64,000 bases of DNA, taken from contig CAVWFS010000014.1 in NCBI GenBank assembly GCA_963754315.1, positions 32,001 through 96,000 of the forward strand. The letters are read 5' to 3'. The first letter of the stretch is position 1. Every line of letters starts with the position of its first letter. A program made the position numbers and the translations under genes. This DNA is from an uncultured Candidatus Rokubacteria bacterium (lineage in GTDB: Bacteria; Methylomirabilota; Methylomirabilia; Rokubacteriales; CSP1-6). Of the stretch, positions 27,927 to 41,079 are shown piece after piece. The notes below the pieces were generated by a model, which was given only the letters and a program-made list of their open reading frames with translations, was not told where the DNA came from and did no database searches.

Positions 27927-29576
27927 TCACGTGGACTGTGCCCAGGCGCAACGCAGAACAAACCCGTCCAGGTTGAGAAGCATGTAGCGGCTGCCCAGGA
28001 GGGTCTCCTCGCGAACAGGCGGCGGTGGTGCGCACTGCTTCCGGATCAGCACCTCCAGCTCCTCCTCGAGCATGAGCCCGTAGCGCCGTGGATGGTTAGC
28101 GACCCTGGCGATAGCCCGGATCTGCGCCAACTCGATGCGTCGGTGTTCCAGGTAGAACATCAGCGCGGTGCTCAACTTCCGATCGACGTACACGATTTCC
28201 GCACCCGGCGGCATCATCGCGGCGAACCGGGCCGCCACCTCCCGCGTGGGATAGACGCGATTGAGCCGGGGCGTCTGGACGGTCACGTGAAGCAGGACAA
28301 GCAGCGACAAGGTTCCGGCCCCTACCACCACCGGGAGTGCGTCCGTACGCCGCCGCCTCAGAAGGACCGCAACGCCAAGCGCGGTGGCGCCGGCCATCGC
28401 GGCCGCCATCAGTGCCACGTGCCGGCTCAGCACGATGCTCTGTCGTGCCGTCTCGATCGTCAGGGGCCAAACCGCGAGGGCGAGGCCTGCCACCATCACG
28501 GTCAACACCATGAGCACCAACGGATACAGCATCCACCGCCGTTCCTGAACGGAGGACGCTGACCACGTCCACGCGACGATGATGGCCAGGGACGGGTAGA
28601 TCGGCAGGAAATATACCGCTCGGGCCGAGACGACGAGGGTGAATATGGCAAGCACAAGAGCGACCCAGAGCAGCGGGAGCAGGAGGACACGCCACGACGC
28701 TCGCCATCTCCGAGCAAGGATCAACACAACTCCGGGCAGCAGAAGCGTCCAGGGAAGGAAGCCCAAGCCGATGGCCTCCACCACGAAGATCCCGTGCGCA
28801 TTCCGACGATTCCGGAGCTCGTCGCCAAACATGGCGATAACCTCTTTGCCGTACTCGGCGACTCCCCCGTCGGCGCCCGCCGCGGTGGCCAGCCATACCG
28901 CGGGCAGGGCCAGGCCCAACGCAAGAGCGCAACCGAGGTCGCCGACGACACGGCGAGACCAGCCCCCCCGCAGCCCGAGGGCGACGATCAGGGCGGCCAA
29001 CGGCAGGAGCCCGATCGGGCCCTTGGTCAGGCACCCGAGCCCGAGGGCGAGCCCGAGGACGATCGCGTGGCGTCGCTTTCGCCCGTCAAGCCAGCGCAGC
29101 GCGCTCCATAATCCCAGCACGAGCCACAATGTCAGCAACATCTCCAGGCGACCCGTACGCGCCCACTCCACGAACGTGGAACTCGAGGCGAGAACGGCGG
29201 CGGCCACCAGTCCGGTGGCGGGGGTGGCCAGACACGCGGCCATCGAGTAGGTGAGCGCCACCGTGGCGGCGGCCGCCAGGACTGACGGCAGGCGAAGTGA
29301 CCACTCGGTCACCCCTCGCGGCGAGAGCAGCGCGACAAGCCAGTGAAAGAGTGGTGGTTTGTAGGGATACACACGCCCACCCATATGTGGGATCAGCCAG
29401 TGCCCCCTCTCCACCATGTCGCGCGCGACTAACCCATCGCGCGCCTCGTCTTTCGACCACACATGTTGCCCCCCGAGATCAGGGAGGAGGGCCAGGGCAG
29501 TGACCACGAAGATCGCGAGCGGGACGAGCCGCCATCTCGCAGGGTGAGGGCCCGGTTCCCTGTCTTTGCAGACCAT
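27927..29576 (-). CDS. ArnT-like / PMT_2 membrane glycosyltransferase
   Basis: DEARDGLVARDM, KPPLFHW, LRLPS, LTKGPIG, FLPW, YFLPIYP; many TMs. Confidence 0.85.
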   Translation of the reverse strand: MVCKDREPGPHPARWRLVPLAIFVVTALALLPDLGGQHVWSKDEARDGLVARDMVERGHWLIPHMGGRVYPYKPPLFHWLVALLSPRGVTEWSLRLPSVLAAAATVALTYSMAACLATPATGLVAAAVLASSSTFVEWARTGRLEMLLTLWLVLGLWSALRWLDGRKRRHAIVLGLALGLGCLTKGPIGLLPLAALIVALGLRGGWSRRVVGDLGCALALGLALPAVWLATAAGADGGVAEYGKEVIAMFGDELRNRRNAHGIFVVEAIGLGFLPWTLLLPGVVLILARRWRASWRVLLLPLLWVALVLAIFTLVVSARAVYFLPIYPSLAIIVAWTWSASSVQERRWMLYPLVLMVLTVMVAGLALAVWPLTIETARQSIVLSRHVALMAAAMAGATALGVAVLLRRRRTDALPVVVGAGTLSLLVLLHVTVQTPRLNRVYPTREVAARFAAMMPPGAEIVYVDRKLSTALMFYLEHRRIELAQIRAIARVANHPRRYGLMLEEELEVLIRKQCAPPPPVREETLLGSRYMLLNLDGFVLRCAWAQST

Positions 29577-29817
29577 GCGCTCTCCGTCGTTTCCCTTGGT
29601 GGTGTCCGCGTGGTCGCGTCGTCCTGCGCGCAGTGCAGCATCTTCCCCCCCGCGACGGCACCATCATACGCTCAGGAGCCGCTGGCCATATCGGCGACCG
29701 GCAGGGACGGCAGCGGGCGCTTCAGCTCTCGATCATCTTGATGGCGATTCCGAATGCCCGACCAGGCTCTTGAGGAGGCGGCCGAGCGGCGCCCAGTCGT
29801 GGCTTAGGTGTCCCGGC

Positions 29818-30744
29818 TCAGGCGCTGCGCTTCTCGATCTCGCGGACGCATTGCCCGACAAACTCCCGCATGAGCGCGATGCACTTGTCGGTGTCCGCGC
29901 CTGGACGCTGGATGAAGCTGTGAGCAGCGCCCGGAAAGCGCACGCGCTCGATCCGACCGCCGGCCTTCTCGTAGGCTTGCACCAGCGCGTCGGTGATGGC
30001 GGCGGGGACGTTGTCGTCTGATCCTGGCTGGGCCAGCCACACTGGCGGCAGGGCCCTGGCCTCGCCGGCGGCAACGATCCGGGTGACGCTGGCATCCTCC
30101 ATGGCCGCCTCGTCCGCGAAGTAGCCACGGTGCCCCGCGATCAATCCCGCCGCGTTGAACCCTCCTGGCACCGCAGGGTCGTTCAGGCGGCTGAGCGCGT
30201 AGCGGTACCGTGCGAGCGGATCCGCGACCGGGTAAAGGGCCATGACGAACGCGACCGAATCGTCGCCGGAGGCGTTGTCCAGCGGCCCGTCCGGCCGCAC
30301 GATCGGGGTGCCCGCGTGGTCTGGCGCGCCGGGCTTCACGGCGACCAGGAGGGCAAGCTGCCCTCCGCTCGAGCTCCCAAGTAACCCGATGCGCCGTGGA
30401 TCGACCCCGAGGTGGCCCGCGTGCGCGCGAACGTAGCGTACCCCCGCCGCGACGTCGGCGCTGGCCGCGGGGTGCTGATGAGCGGGACCCTGGCGGAAAT
30501 CGAGGGAGGCGACGACGAGCCCGCAGGCAGCCAGCGCACGGCTGTGGGGTGCTCCGACGGTACGGTCCAGGCGGGCCCACGCGCCCCCGTGAACGTCGAC
30601 AACGGCCGCAAGCGGTTCAGAAGGCGTCCCCTGCGGACGATAGAGACGAGCCAGCAACGGCTGGCCCTCGGGCTTGGCAAAGACGACGTCCTCCTCCGCC
30701 ACGTCGTACGGTGCCGCGCTATCGAAACGGACGGTTACCGACAC
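29818..30744 (-). CDS. Alpha/beta hydrolase (HSL-like esterase)
   Basis: HGGAW, GSSSGG, D...GAAH. Confidence 0.85.
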   Translation of the reverse strand: MSVTVRFDSAAPYDVAEEDVVFAKPEGQPLLARLYRPQGTPSEPLAAVVDVHGGAWARLDRTVGAPHSRALAACGLVVASLDFRQGPAHQHPAASADVAAGVRYVRAHAGHLGVDPRRIGLLGSSSGGQLALLVAVKPGAPDHAGTPIVRPDGPLDNASGDDSVAFVMALYPVADPLARYRYALSRLNDPAVPGGFNAAGLIAGHRGYFADEAAMEDASVTRIVAAGEARALPPVWLAQPGSDDNVPAAITDALVQAYEKAGGRIERVRFPGAAHSFIQRPGADTDKCIALMREFVGQCVREIEKRSA

Positions 30745-30756
30745 GGCCCGTGTACC

Positions 30757-32502
<1,746 letters not shown>

Positions 32503-32538
32503 CTACCCTCTAGCAGAATACTCCTTAGGAGAGCGCGA

Positions 32539-33624
32539 ATGAAGATCACCCATGTCACGACCCGAGCGCTCAGGACGCCGGCCGACAACCCCCTGGTCGT
32601 CGGCCTCCCGGCCCCCACTGACACCCGGGAGTTCGTCACCCTCGAGCTGGGCACCGATCAAGGCCTGGTAGGCGTCGGGCTGACGTTCTTCGGCGGGGCC
32701 CTGACCCCGGCCCTCAAGGCCGCCGTCGACACTCTCGCCCACCTGGTGATCGGCGACGATCCGAGGCAGGTGGAGGCCATTGCCGGCAAGCTGCGGCGGG
32801 CGGCCGGCAGCTCGGGCCCGGGCGGCATCTTCTCCCTGGCTCTTTCCGCCGTGGACATGGCGTGCTGGGACCTCAAGGGCAAGGCGGTCGGCCAGTCCGT
32901 GTGCCAGCTGCTGGGCGGCCTGCGCGAGCGCGTCCCGACCTACGCCAGCGGGGCGCTGATGCGCCCTCACCCGGTGGACTATCTGGCCAAGGCCGGTCCG
33001 CGCCTGGTCGGCATGGGCTTTCGTCAAATGAAGATGCAGTGCGGGAGCGAGCCGACCATGGCCGCCTCGGTCGAGCGTGTACGCGTGATGCGCGAGAGCA
33101 TCGGTCCCGACGTCGATCTCATGTGCGACATCAACCAGCTCTGGAGCGTGAACCACGCCGTCGAGGTCGGCCGCCGGCTCGAGCCCTATCATCTCTTCTG
33201 GCTCGAGGATCCGGTCGCTCACGACGACTACCCCGGCCTGGCCCGGGTGGCCGATGCCCTGACCACACCGATCGCCGCCGGCGAGTATCACTACGGGATC
33301 GTGCCGTTTCGCCATCTGCTCGAAGCACGCTCCATCGACATCGTGATGATCGACCTGCTGCGCGTGGGTGGTATCACGCAATGGATGAAGGTCGCTGGAA
33401 TGGCCGAGGCCTTCAATCTGCCCGTGGTGAGCCACCTGGTACCTGAGATCCACGTTCACCTGGTCGCCGCCATCCCCAACGGCCTCACCGTCGAGTACAT
33501 GCCGTGGACCTTGCAGCTCTTTGAACAGACGCCGCCGATCGAGAACGGTCAGCTCGTGGTGCCCAAGACGCCGGGCCTAGGCCTGGCCTTCGACCAGGCC
33601 GCTCTGAAGCGCTATCAGGGTTAA
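32539..33624 (+). CDS. Mandelate racemase/muconate lactonizing enzyme family protein
   Basis: AVDMACWDLKGK, KMQ, DINQ, WLEDP, AAGE, GLGL; AGGAG RBS. Confidence 0.9.
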   Translation: MKITHVTTRALRTPADNPLVVGLPAPTDTREFVTLELGTDQGLVGVGLTFFGGALTPALKAAVDTLAHLVIGDDPRQVEAIAGKLRRAAGSSGPGGIFSLALSAVDMACWDLKGKAVGQSVCQLLGGLRERVPTYASGALMRPHPVDYLAKAGPRLVGMGFRQMKMQCGSEPTMAASVERVRVMRESIGPDVDLMCDINQLWSVNHAVEVGRRLEPYHLFWLEDPVAHDDYPGLARVADALTTPIAAGEYHYGIVPFRHLLEARSIDIVMIDLLRVGGITQWMKVAGMAEAFNLPVVSHLVPEIHVHLVAAIPNGLTVEYMPWTLQLFEQTPPIENGQLVVPKTPGLGLAFDQAALKRYQG

Positions 33625-33676
33625 GCGTCGCGCCAGGTCAGGATCTGACTCGCCGAGACGAACCCCGCAGCTGCGG

Positions 33677-34087
33677 CTACGGCCCGTGGACAGCCGCGCG
33701 AATAGGGGCATCCACTTCCACCTGGTAGGCGTCGGCCAAGGTGTTGGTTCGGTTAAAAACCCCGACGACGGCCAGCAACTCACCGAGCATCTCGTCGTCC
33801 ATGCCGAGCTTGCGGGCTGCTACGGTGTGGGAGTTGATGCAGTACTCACACCCGTTGGTGGCGCTCACGGCGAGGGCGATCAGCTCCTTGGTCAAGCCGT
33901 CGAGCCGTCCGGGTGTCATGGCCGTTTTGAGGCTGTGCCACACGTCGCGGAGCAGGGGCGGATGCGACGCGAGCACCTTCCAGAAGTTCGGCACCCGCTC
34001 GATGCCCCGGCTCTGCATGATGTCGTCATACACGGCCCGCACCTCGGGCTTGGCATTCTCGTACTCGACCATTCTCACGGTCGCCAT
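33677..34087 (-). CDS. AhpD-like / carboxymuconolactone decarboxylase family protein
   Basis: KELIALAVSATNGCEYCINSH (CxxC); GAGGAG RBS. Confidence 0.88.
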   Translation of the reverse strand: MATVRMVEYENAKPEVRAVYDDIMQSRGIERVPNFWKVLASHPPLLRDVWHSLKTAMTPGRLDGLTKELIALAVSATNGCEYCINSHTVAARKLGMDDEMLGELLAVVGVFNRTNTLADAYQVEVDAPIRAAVHGP

Positions 34088-35724
34088 CACATTCCTCCTC
34101 TCGCCGCGGCGTTCGGTCTGGCTCCGCCACCGAGCAGCTCTATGGCGCGCTCGCGCAGCACCGCCTTCTGGATCTTGCCCGATGACGTCACCGGCAAATC
34201 GTCCACGAAGATGACGTGGCGGGGAACCTTGAAGCTCGCGATGCGGCCCCGACAGGAGGCGACGACCTCGGCCTCCGTCACCACGGTCCCCGGCTGTCGC
34301 TGAACGAAGGCCACTCCCACCTCGGTCAGCTTGGCATCGGGATAGCTGACCACCGCCGCTTGTTGAACACCGGGATGCTGCAGCAGATAGCCCTCGACCT
34401 CCATGGGATCGACGTTCTCTCCGCCAATCTTCAGCATGTCCTTGTAGCGGCCCACGAAACGAACGTATCCATCGGATCGCAAGACAGCCATGTCGCCCGT
34501 GTGGAACCAGCCGTCGGCGTCGAGGGCGCGCGCCGTCTCCAGCGGCTTTCGGTAGTACCCCTGCATCATGTACCTGGACTGTACGAGCAGCTCGCCTGCC
34601 ACACCGCGTGGCTGCTCCTGCCCCGTCTCCGGGTCCACGACTCGTACGGCGAAGCCTTCGCAAGGATAGCCCGAGGTTTCGCAGGCCTGCTCGTCGGTGG
34701 CATCGGGGAACGACACGCTGACGTTGGCGCCGACCTCGGTGATTCCGTAGGCGGCGAGGAACCGAGCCGGGGCCAGCACCGTGCGCGCACGATACGCGGT
34801 CGCAGCGACGCTGGCCTGCCCCAGAGCCATGAGCCCGGTCCGCAACGTTCGGAGAGTGCGGGGGCGCGCCTCCTGCGCATCGCACAGCGCCTTCAGGTGT
34901 CCCTCGAACCCGTGCACCTGGGTGCCGCCCTCCTGCTCGATCAGGTCGAGCGCCTCGTCGGGATCGAAGGTCTCAGTGAGAACCTGCCGATTGCCGACCA
35001 TCATCGAGCCGAGAGGGCCATCCACATAGCCGAAGATGTGGAAGAGCGGCAGGTAGTTGATGAAGACATCATGCTCGCACACCCGCAGACGACGGTGGCG
35101 GTCGACGAGGCTCTCGATGAGGCCGTGGTCGCGCGCGACCCCCTTGGGAAAGCCGGTGGTGCCTGATGTGTACATGATGAACGCGGTGTCGGTGGACCGC
35201 ACGGCGGCCGCACGCTCGCGCACGGTCGTGTCGCTCACCGCACGCCCGCGTTCGAGGAGGTCGCTCCAGCCAACGGTATCACGGTAAGCCCGTTCGCTCT
35301 TGATGACGAGGCGCTTCAGGTGACCGGTCATCGGGCCCAGCTGCCGGGCCATGCTCAGGTAGTCGATCGGACCCGAGACGTCGTGGGTGATCAAGGTGCT
35401 GCTGTCCGACTGCCGCAGCACGTAGGCGACATCGTCCGTGCGCAGGCGCGTGTTCACGGGAACGTGGACGGCGCCGATCTTGGCGCACGCGAACATGGCG
35501 TGGATCCATTCGGGGCTGTTCTGGAGCCAGATGGCGACCTTGTCGCCCGGAGCCACCCCGAGCTGGATCAGGCCCTTGGCGACACCATCGACATCGGCTG
35601 CCACCTCGCGGAATGAAAAGCGTCGACCCTTGAAGGCCAAGGCCTCGCGATCGCCCCAGCGTGCCCTGGCCTCGTCGACCAGCCCTCCCATGGTTCGTCC
35701 CATGCTGTCCCCCACGCGCAGCAT
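34087..35724 (-). CDS. Acyl-CoA synthetase / AMP-binding enzyme
   Basis: YTSGTTGFPKG, YGITE, GWFHTGD, GRYKDML, SSGK; alternative start 35703. Confidence 0.92.
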   Translation of the reverse strand: MLRVGDSMGRTMGGLVDEARARWGDREALAFKGRRFSFREVAADVDGVAKGLIQLGVAPGDKVAIWLQNSPEWIHAMFACAKIGAVHVPVNTRLRTDDVAYVLRQSDSSTLITHDVSGPIDYLSMARQLGPMTGHLKRLVIKSERAYRDTVGWSDLLERGRAVSDTTVRERAAAVRSTDTAFIMYTSGTTGFPKGVARDHGLIESLVDRHRRLRVCEHDVFINYLPLFHIFGYVDGPLGSMMVGNRQVLTETFDPDEALDLIEQEGGTQVHGFEGHLKALCDAQEARPRTLRTLRTGLMALGQASVAATAYRARTVLAPARFLAAYGITEVGANVSVSFPDATDEQACETSGYPCEGFAVRVVDPETGQEQPRGVAGELLVQSRYMMQGYYRKPLETARALDADGWFHTGDMAVLRSDGYVRFVGRYKDMLKIGGENVDPMEVEGYLLQHPGVQQAAVVSYPDAKLTEVGVAFVQRQPGTVVTEAEVVASCRGRIASFKVPRHVIFVDDLPVTSSGKIQKAVLRERAIELLGGGARPNAAARGGM

Positions 35725-35782
35725 CCTCGCTTGCTATGTACCATGGGCGCGAGGAGGGCTTGCAAGCGTCGTGCATCCGACC

Positions 35783-38072
35783 ATGATCGTGCTGCTCTAC
35801 GCGATCACCCTGTTCGCCAGCGCCACCCTCTTGTTCGTGGTGCAACCTATGGTAGGCAAGATGGTCTTGCCTCTCCTCGGGGGCACTCCCGCCGTGTGGA
35901 GCACGTGCATGGTCTTTTTTCAAGCCGCGCTCCTCGGCGGCTACGCCTACGCCCATGCCAGCACTTCCTGGCTGGGGGTGGCGCGTCAGGCCCGGTGGCA
36001 CCGCGTCCTCCTCGTCCTCCCCTTGGCCGTCCTGCCCCTCGGTGTCGACGCCAGTTTGCTGCGGGGTGGCGAGGCGAGTCTCGTGCTGGATGTGCTGCTC
36101 GTGCTCACGATCACGGTGGGGCTGCCGTTCTTCGTGGTCAGCGCCAGTGCTCCGCTTCTGCAGACATGGTTCACGCACACCGGGCACCCGGCCGCGCGCG
36201 ATCCCTACTTTCTCTACGCGGCGAGCAACCTCGGCAGCATGCTGGCCTTGCTGGCATATCCAACTCTGATCGAGCCGAAGCTCTCTCTCCGGGAGTCAGG
36301 GTGGCTGGCCCAGACGCACCTGTGGAGCGCGGGCTACGGGGTACTCGCCGTTCTGATCGTCCTGTGTACGCTGACCGTGCCCCGCATCGCCTCTGTGAAT
36401 CCCACCGCGGCGGCGGACGAGTGGCGCGAGACGATCCCCCTCACTCGACGCCTCTCCTGGATGGCCTTCGCCTTCGTTCCCTCGAGTCTGCTCCTGGGGG
36501 CGACCACCTACATCACGACGGATATCGCCGCCGTGCCGCTGCTCTGGGTGCCGCCTCTGGCCATCTATCTGCTGAGCTTCATCATCGCCTTTGGCCGCTA
36601 TCCGCTCTGGCTGCAGCGGGCGGTGGAAAGCACCACCCTGCCCGTGATCCTCGCCGTGCTGTTCTTGCTGGTCTCCGGCTTTCGCCAGCGCATCTGGATC
36701 AGCGTGCTCTGGCACCTGCTCTTGCTGCTCGTGGTGGCTCTCGCGTGTCACGGGACGCTCGCGCGCGACCGTCCCGGCCCCAGTCGGCTCACCGAATTCT
36801 ATCTCCTGATCTCGGTCGGCGGGATGCTGGGTGGGCTCTTGAACGCTCTCATCGCGCCGGCGGTGTTCGACTCGCTGGCCGAGTACCCGCTGGTCATGGT
36901 GCTGGCTGGCTTGCTCGTTGGCCGCTCACGCATGGCGTCAGCGGGCCAGTCGCCAGCCTACCTGCTCGACGTGATCCTGGGGCTCGGGACGGGCATGCTC
37001 GCTCTTGTGCTTTACTCCGACACGCTCTCCCTCCGCTTCGACTTCGCGTTTCTCACCCGCGCGCTCGGCCTCGCCAGCGGCGGTCCTCAGTGGCTCGATA
37101 CGCTCGAGCAAGCGTTAAACAAGCTCGTCGTCTACGCGCCACCCCTCATCCTCGCCTTCCGCTGGCGGCGCCGCCCGCTCACGCTCGGGACTGCCCTGGT
37201 CGGCGTGCTGGTGGTGGCGGGGTTCGTCGAATCGCGAAACATCGAGCAGATCCATCAAGCGCGGAGCTTCTTTGGGGTCCTCAGAGTCACGCGCGACCGC
37301 GCAGAGACGGGGTACACGGAACTGCGCCACGGGACCACGTTGCACGGACGTCAGAGCCTCGAGGGCAAGCGCCGCGGAGAGCCGCTTTCCTACTACCACC
37401 GCGCGGGCCCGATGGGACAGATTTTCGCCGAGTTCGACCGGCGCGCTCACGCTTCGCCGAATCGCCGTCATCGGCCTTGGCACGGGCACCCTGGCTGCCT
37501 ACGCCCAGCCAGGGGACAGACTGGTCTTCTACGAGATCGACCCGCTGGTGCAGGCGATCGCCCTCGACCGCGCGTATTTCACGTATCTGAGCGATGCCCA
37601 AACGCGGGGCGTGACCGTGCGCGTCGAGCTCGGCGATGCCCGCGTTCGTCTGGAGCGGGCACGGCAGGAGCGGCCCGACGAGCGCTACGACCTGATCGTG
37701 GTGGATGCGTTCAGCTCGGACGCCATTCCCGTACACCTGCTCACGCGGCAAGCCCTGCAGCTGTATCTCGAGATGCTGACGCCCCGTGGGCTGCTCGCCC
37801 TGCACCTGTCGAACCGCTATCTCGACCTCGAGCGGGTCGCCGCCAATCTTGCCGAAGATGCCGGCCTCGGCGGACGGTTGCTCCAGCACGATGAGGCGGG
37901 GGAAACGCAAGGCGGTACCCGATCCACGTGGGCGGTGCTCGCCCGGACCCCTGAGGCGCTCGGCCAGCTGGCTCTGGATGCGCGTTGGACAGTAACGCAG
38001 CTAGAGGTTGATCCGCGCGTCGGCGTGTGGACGGACGACTTCCACAACCCCCTCTCGATTATGCGGTGGTGA
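35783..38072 (+). pseudogene. Fused membrane domain/spermidine synthase-like SAM protein with +1 frameshift near 37450
   Basis: LLFVVQPM..K, DPYFLYAASNLGS, RSFFG, HGTTLHG in frame 1; IAVIGLGTGT, YEIDP, GDAR, DAFSSD, WTDD in frame 2; span 2290 nt = 3n+1. Confidence 0.8.
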
Positions 38073-39670
38073 AGAAGCGAAAACGACGGGCGCGCAGGAT
38101 CTCGCGGGCGGCGTTCCAGCCTGGCGTGCCCATCACCCCTCCCCCCGGGTGAGCGGCCGCGCCACAGAGATACAGGCCCCTGATCGGCGTGCGGTAGCCC
38201 GCACAGCCTGGCAGAGACCGAAAGGAGAAAAGCTGGTGGGGGATCATCGCGCCCTGGAAGATGTTGCCGCCCGTCAGATTGAAGGTGCGCTCGAGATCCA
38301 GCGGCGTGACCACCTGGCGGGCCAACACGGAACGGCGAAAATTCGGCGCGTATTCGTCGAGCACCTCGAAGCACCGGTCGGCGAAGGTCTCGCCGAGCCG
38401 ATCCCACGTGGACTCGCGCAAGGCGTAGGGCGCGTACTGCACGAAGATCGACATGAGATGGCGGCCCGGCGGGGCCACCGTGGGATCCACGACCGAAGGA
38501 ATCGTGCATTCCAGAACCGGGCGCTCCGAGGGCCGACCGTACTTGGCGTCGTCGTAGGCGTGCTCGATATAGTCGAGATCCGGGCAGATGTGGATCGTCC
38601 CCCGGTGCTGGGGGCCCGGCCCCGCTCCCGGACAGGCACGGAAGTTCGGCAGCTCGGCGAGGGCCACGTTGATCTTGAGTGACGCGCTCTCGTAGCTGAT
38701 GCGGCCCACTGCCGCCAGCAATTCGGCAGGGGCTGCCTTCGGATCGAGCAAACGGCGGAAGGTGACGTTCGCGTCGGCGTTGCTGGCCACGATCGGTGCG
38801 TCGTACTCGTCTCCGCTCGCCAGGGCGACCCCGGTCACCCGACCATCCCGCACGAGGATACGGCCCACCTCGGCCTCGCATCGGATGACCACACCAAGAT
38901 CGCGGGCGGCGCGGGCCAGGGCCTCGGAGAGGCCACCCATGCCTCCCTTGGCGTAACCCCACACGCCGCGCCGGCCGTCTGGTTTCTCCCATCACGTGAT
39001 GCAGGAGCACGTACGCCGTGCCGGGCATGGAGGGGCTGGCCATGGCGCCGATGATGGCGTCGGTCGCCAGAGTCGCCTTGAGCTCCACCGATTCGAACCA
39101 GTGGTCGAGCAGGGGGCGCGCCGCCCCGGCGAGCACTTCGATCGCTTCCGGCGCCCCAGGGCCAAGACGCGCGAAGGAGCGTCCGAGAGCCAGGAGTTGC
39201 CGCAGTCCGCGAAGGCCCGGACGCAGCAGGTTCGGCGGCGCCATGGTCAAGGTGGGCTCGATGAAGGCCGCCACCCGCTCCAGCATCGCCTCGTATTCGG
39301 GGTAGCGCAAAGCGTCGCGCGGGCTGAACTTCGAGATCTCGGCACGGTTGAGAGCCTGGCTCGGCCCGAGGATCAGAAAACGGCCATCGGGATAGGGCGT
39401 GAACGACGACGGATCGCGGGGGAGCACCTCGAAGCCATACTCGGCCAGACGCAAGTCGCTAACGATCACCTTGTGGAAGAGGCTCACAACATAGGCGGCC
39501 GTGGACACCTTGAAGCCCGGAAAGGTTTCCTCGGTGACACAGGCCCCGCCCACGAGGTGCCGACGCTCCAGCACGAGCACGCGCAGGCCCGCCCGGGCAA
39601 GGTAACAGGCCGCCACCAAGCCATTGTGGCCGGCACCTACCACGATCGCATCGAAGCTCTGGGCGCTCAT
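38059..39670 (-). pseudogene. Phytoene desaturase-like (PYROXD2-type) FAD oxidoreductase with +1 frameshift at ~38980
   Basis: GAGHNGLVAA..LA; YVLLHHVMGET [extra A] DGRRGVWGYAKGGMG; YRTPIRGLYLCGAAAHPGGGV; span 1612 nt = 3n+1. Confidence 0.85.
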
Positions 39671-39780
39671 GTGCTCACGGGCCCTCCGCGTCACGCGGAG
39701 AACGCCCGCGACCCGCCGGAGACGGCCTCGTCCACGATATCCCACTTTCACCATCTGACGCGACCGTCTAACGTGGCGTT

Positions 39781-41001
39781 ATGCGTGACACGTCGAGGAC
39801 CCCGTCCCGCGCCCAGTCACATGCCGCGCGGGCGCGTTTCTGGCGTGCGGCGTTCGCCGGGTTGGCTGCGCTCCTGGTCGGAATCGGTCTGAGCCGCTTC
39901 GGCTATGCGCCCCTCATACCGGCGCTGATCCAGGCCGGGTGGTTCGACGCCGGCCAGGCCAGCTATCTTGGCGCCACCAATCTGGCCGGCTACGTCGTCG
40001 GCGCGACCCTCGCCCCTCACCTAGCCGTCGGGCGCTCAGCCGTGGGGCTCATGCGGGGCTCCATGGTGCTGGCGACCGCGAGCTTCGTCGCCTGCGCGCT
40101 CCCGCTGGGATTCGCGTGGTACTTCGCCTGGCGACTCTGCTCGGGGGTAGTCGGAGGGTTTCTGATGGTTCTGGCTCCGCCGGCGGTCCTGGCTTCCGTC
40201 CGACCTGAACTCCGTGGCCGTGTCGGGGGCATCGTGTTCACGGGAGTGGGCGCTGGTATCGCCCTCTCCGGAACGGTCGTTCCGTGGGCGGTTTCCTTCG
40301 GTCTTTCAGAGGCGTGGCTCGGCCTCGGAGTGGTTTCAGCGTTGCTGACGGCGCTCGCGTGGGGTGGTCTGCCGACGATGACGACCACGTCGCGCTTCGC
40401 GCCGATCAATCCTGGGGAAGGTGGGGCGGCCACCCTCGCTCCCGGACTCCTGGTTCTCATGATCGCGTACGCGTGCGCAGCAGCAGGTTTCGTTCCGCAC
40501 ACGGTCTTCTGGGTCGACTACATCGCCCGTGGTCTCGACCGTGGCCTCGGCGTGGGCGGCAGTTACTGGGTGGGGCTCGGCGTCGCCGCCGCGTGTGGGC
40601 CGCTGGCCACCGGAACCCTGGCGGATCGGATCGGCTTTCGGGTGAGCCTCCCGCTCGCGCTCCTCGGACAGGCCGTGGCGGTGGCCCTGCCCATTGTTTC
40701 GTCCCACCCCTTCTCGCTCGCGCTCTCGTCCATCGGTGTCGGTGGCCTGGCCATCGGGGCGACCTCCCTCGCCTCGGGCCGCGTGGGCGAATTGGTTGCG
40801 CTGGAGCATCGCCGGCAAGTCTGGGGGTGGATGACGATCATCTTTGCGATCGTCTACGCGGCAACCGCCTATCTTCTGTCGTACCTGTTCGTCCGCACTG
40901 GATCGTACGATGCGCTCTTCGCGGTGGGGGCGGTGGCCTTGCTCGTGGGCGGGCTACTTGGTTTCGCGAGCCCGCGTCAAGCGCGTCCACGAGGGAAGTA
41001 G
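39781..41001 (+). CDS. MFS transporter (YbfB/YjiJ-like)
   Basis: GLSRFGYAPLIP, NLAGY, GFVPHTVFWVDYIAR; about 12 TMs. Confidence 0.85.
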   Translation: MRDTSRTPSRAQSHAARARFWRAAFAGLAALLVGIGLSRFGYAPLIPALIQAGWFDAGQASYLGATNLAGYVVGATLAPHLAVGRSAVGLMRGSMVLATASFVACALPLGFAWYFAWRLCSGVVGGFLMVLAPPAVLASVRPELRGRVGGIVFTGVGAGIALSGTVVPWAVSFGLSEAWLGLGVVSALLTALAWGGLPTMTTTSRFAPINPGEGGAATLAPGLLVLMIAYACAAAGFVPHTVFWVDYIARGLDRGLGVGGSYWVGLGVAAACGPLATGTLADRIGFRVSLPLALLGQAVAVALPIVSSHPFSLALSSIGVGGLAIGATSLASGRVGELVALEHRRQVWGWMTIIFAIVYAATAYLLSYLFVRTGSYDALFAVGAVALLVGGLLGFASPRQARPRGK

Positions 41002-41079
41002 CCAGGCGGACGCGGATTGGATAGCATGCCTATCGTTGCCTAGTGACGATTTTCGTCGAGAGGAGAGGCAAGAGCCCGC

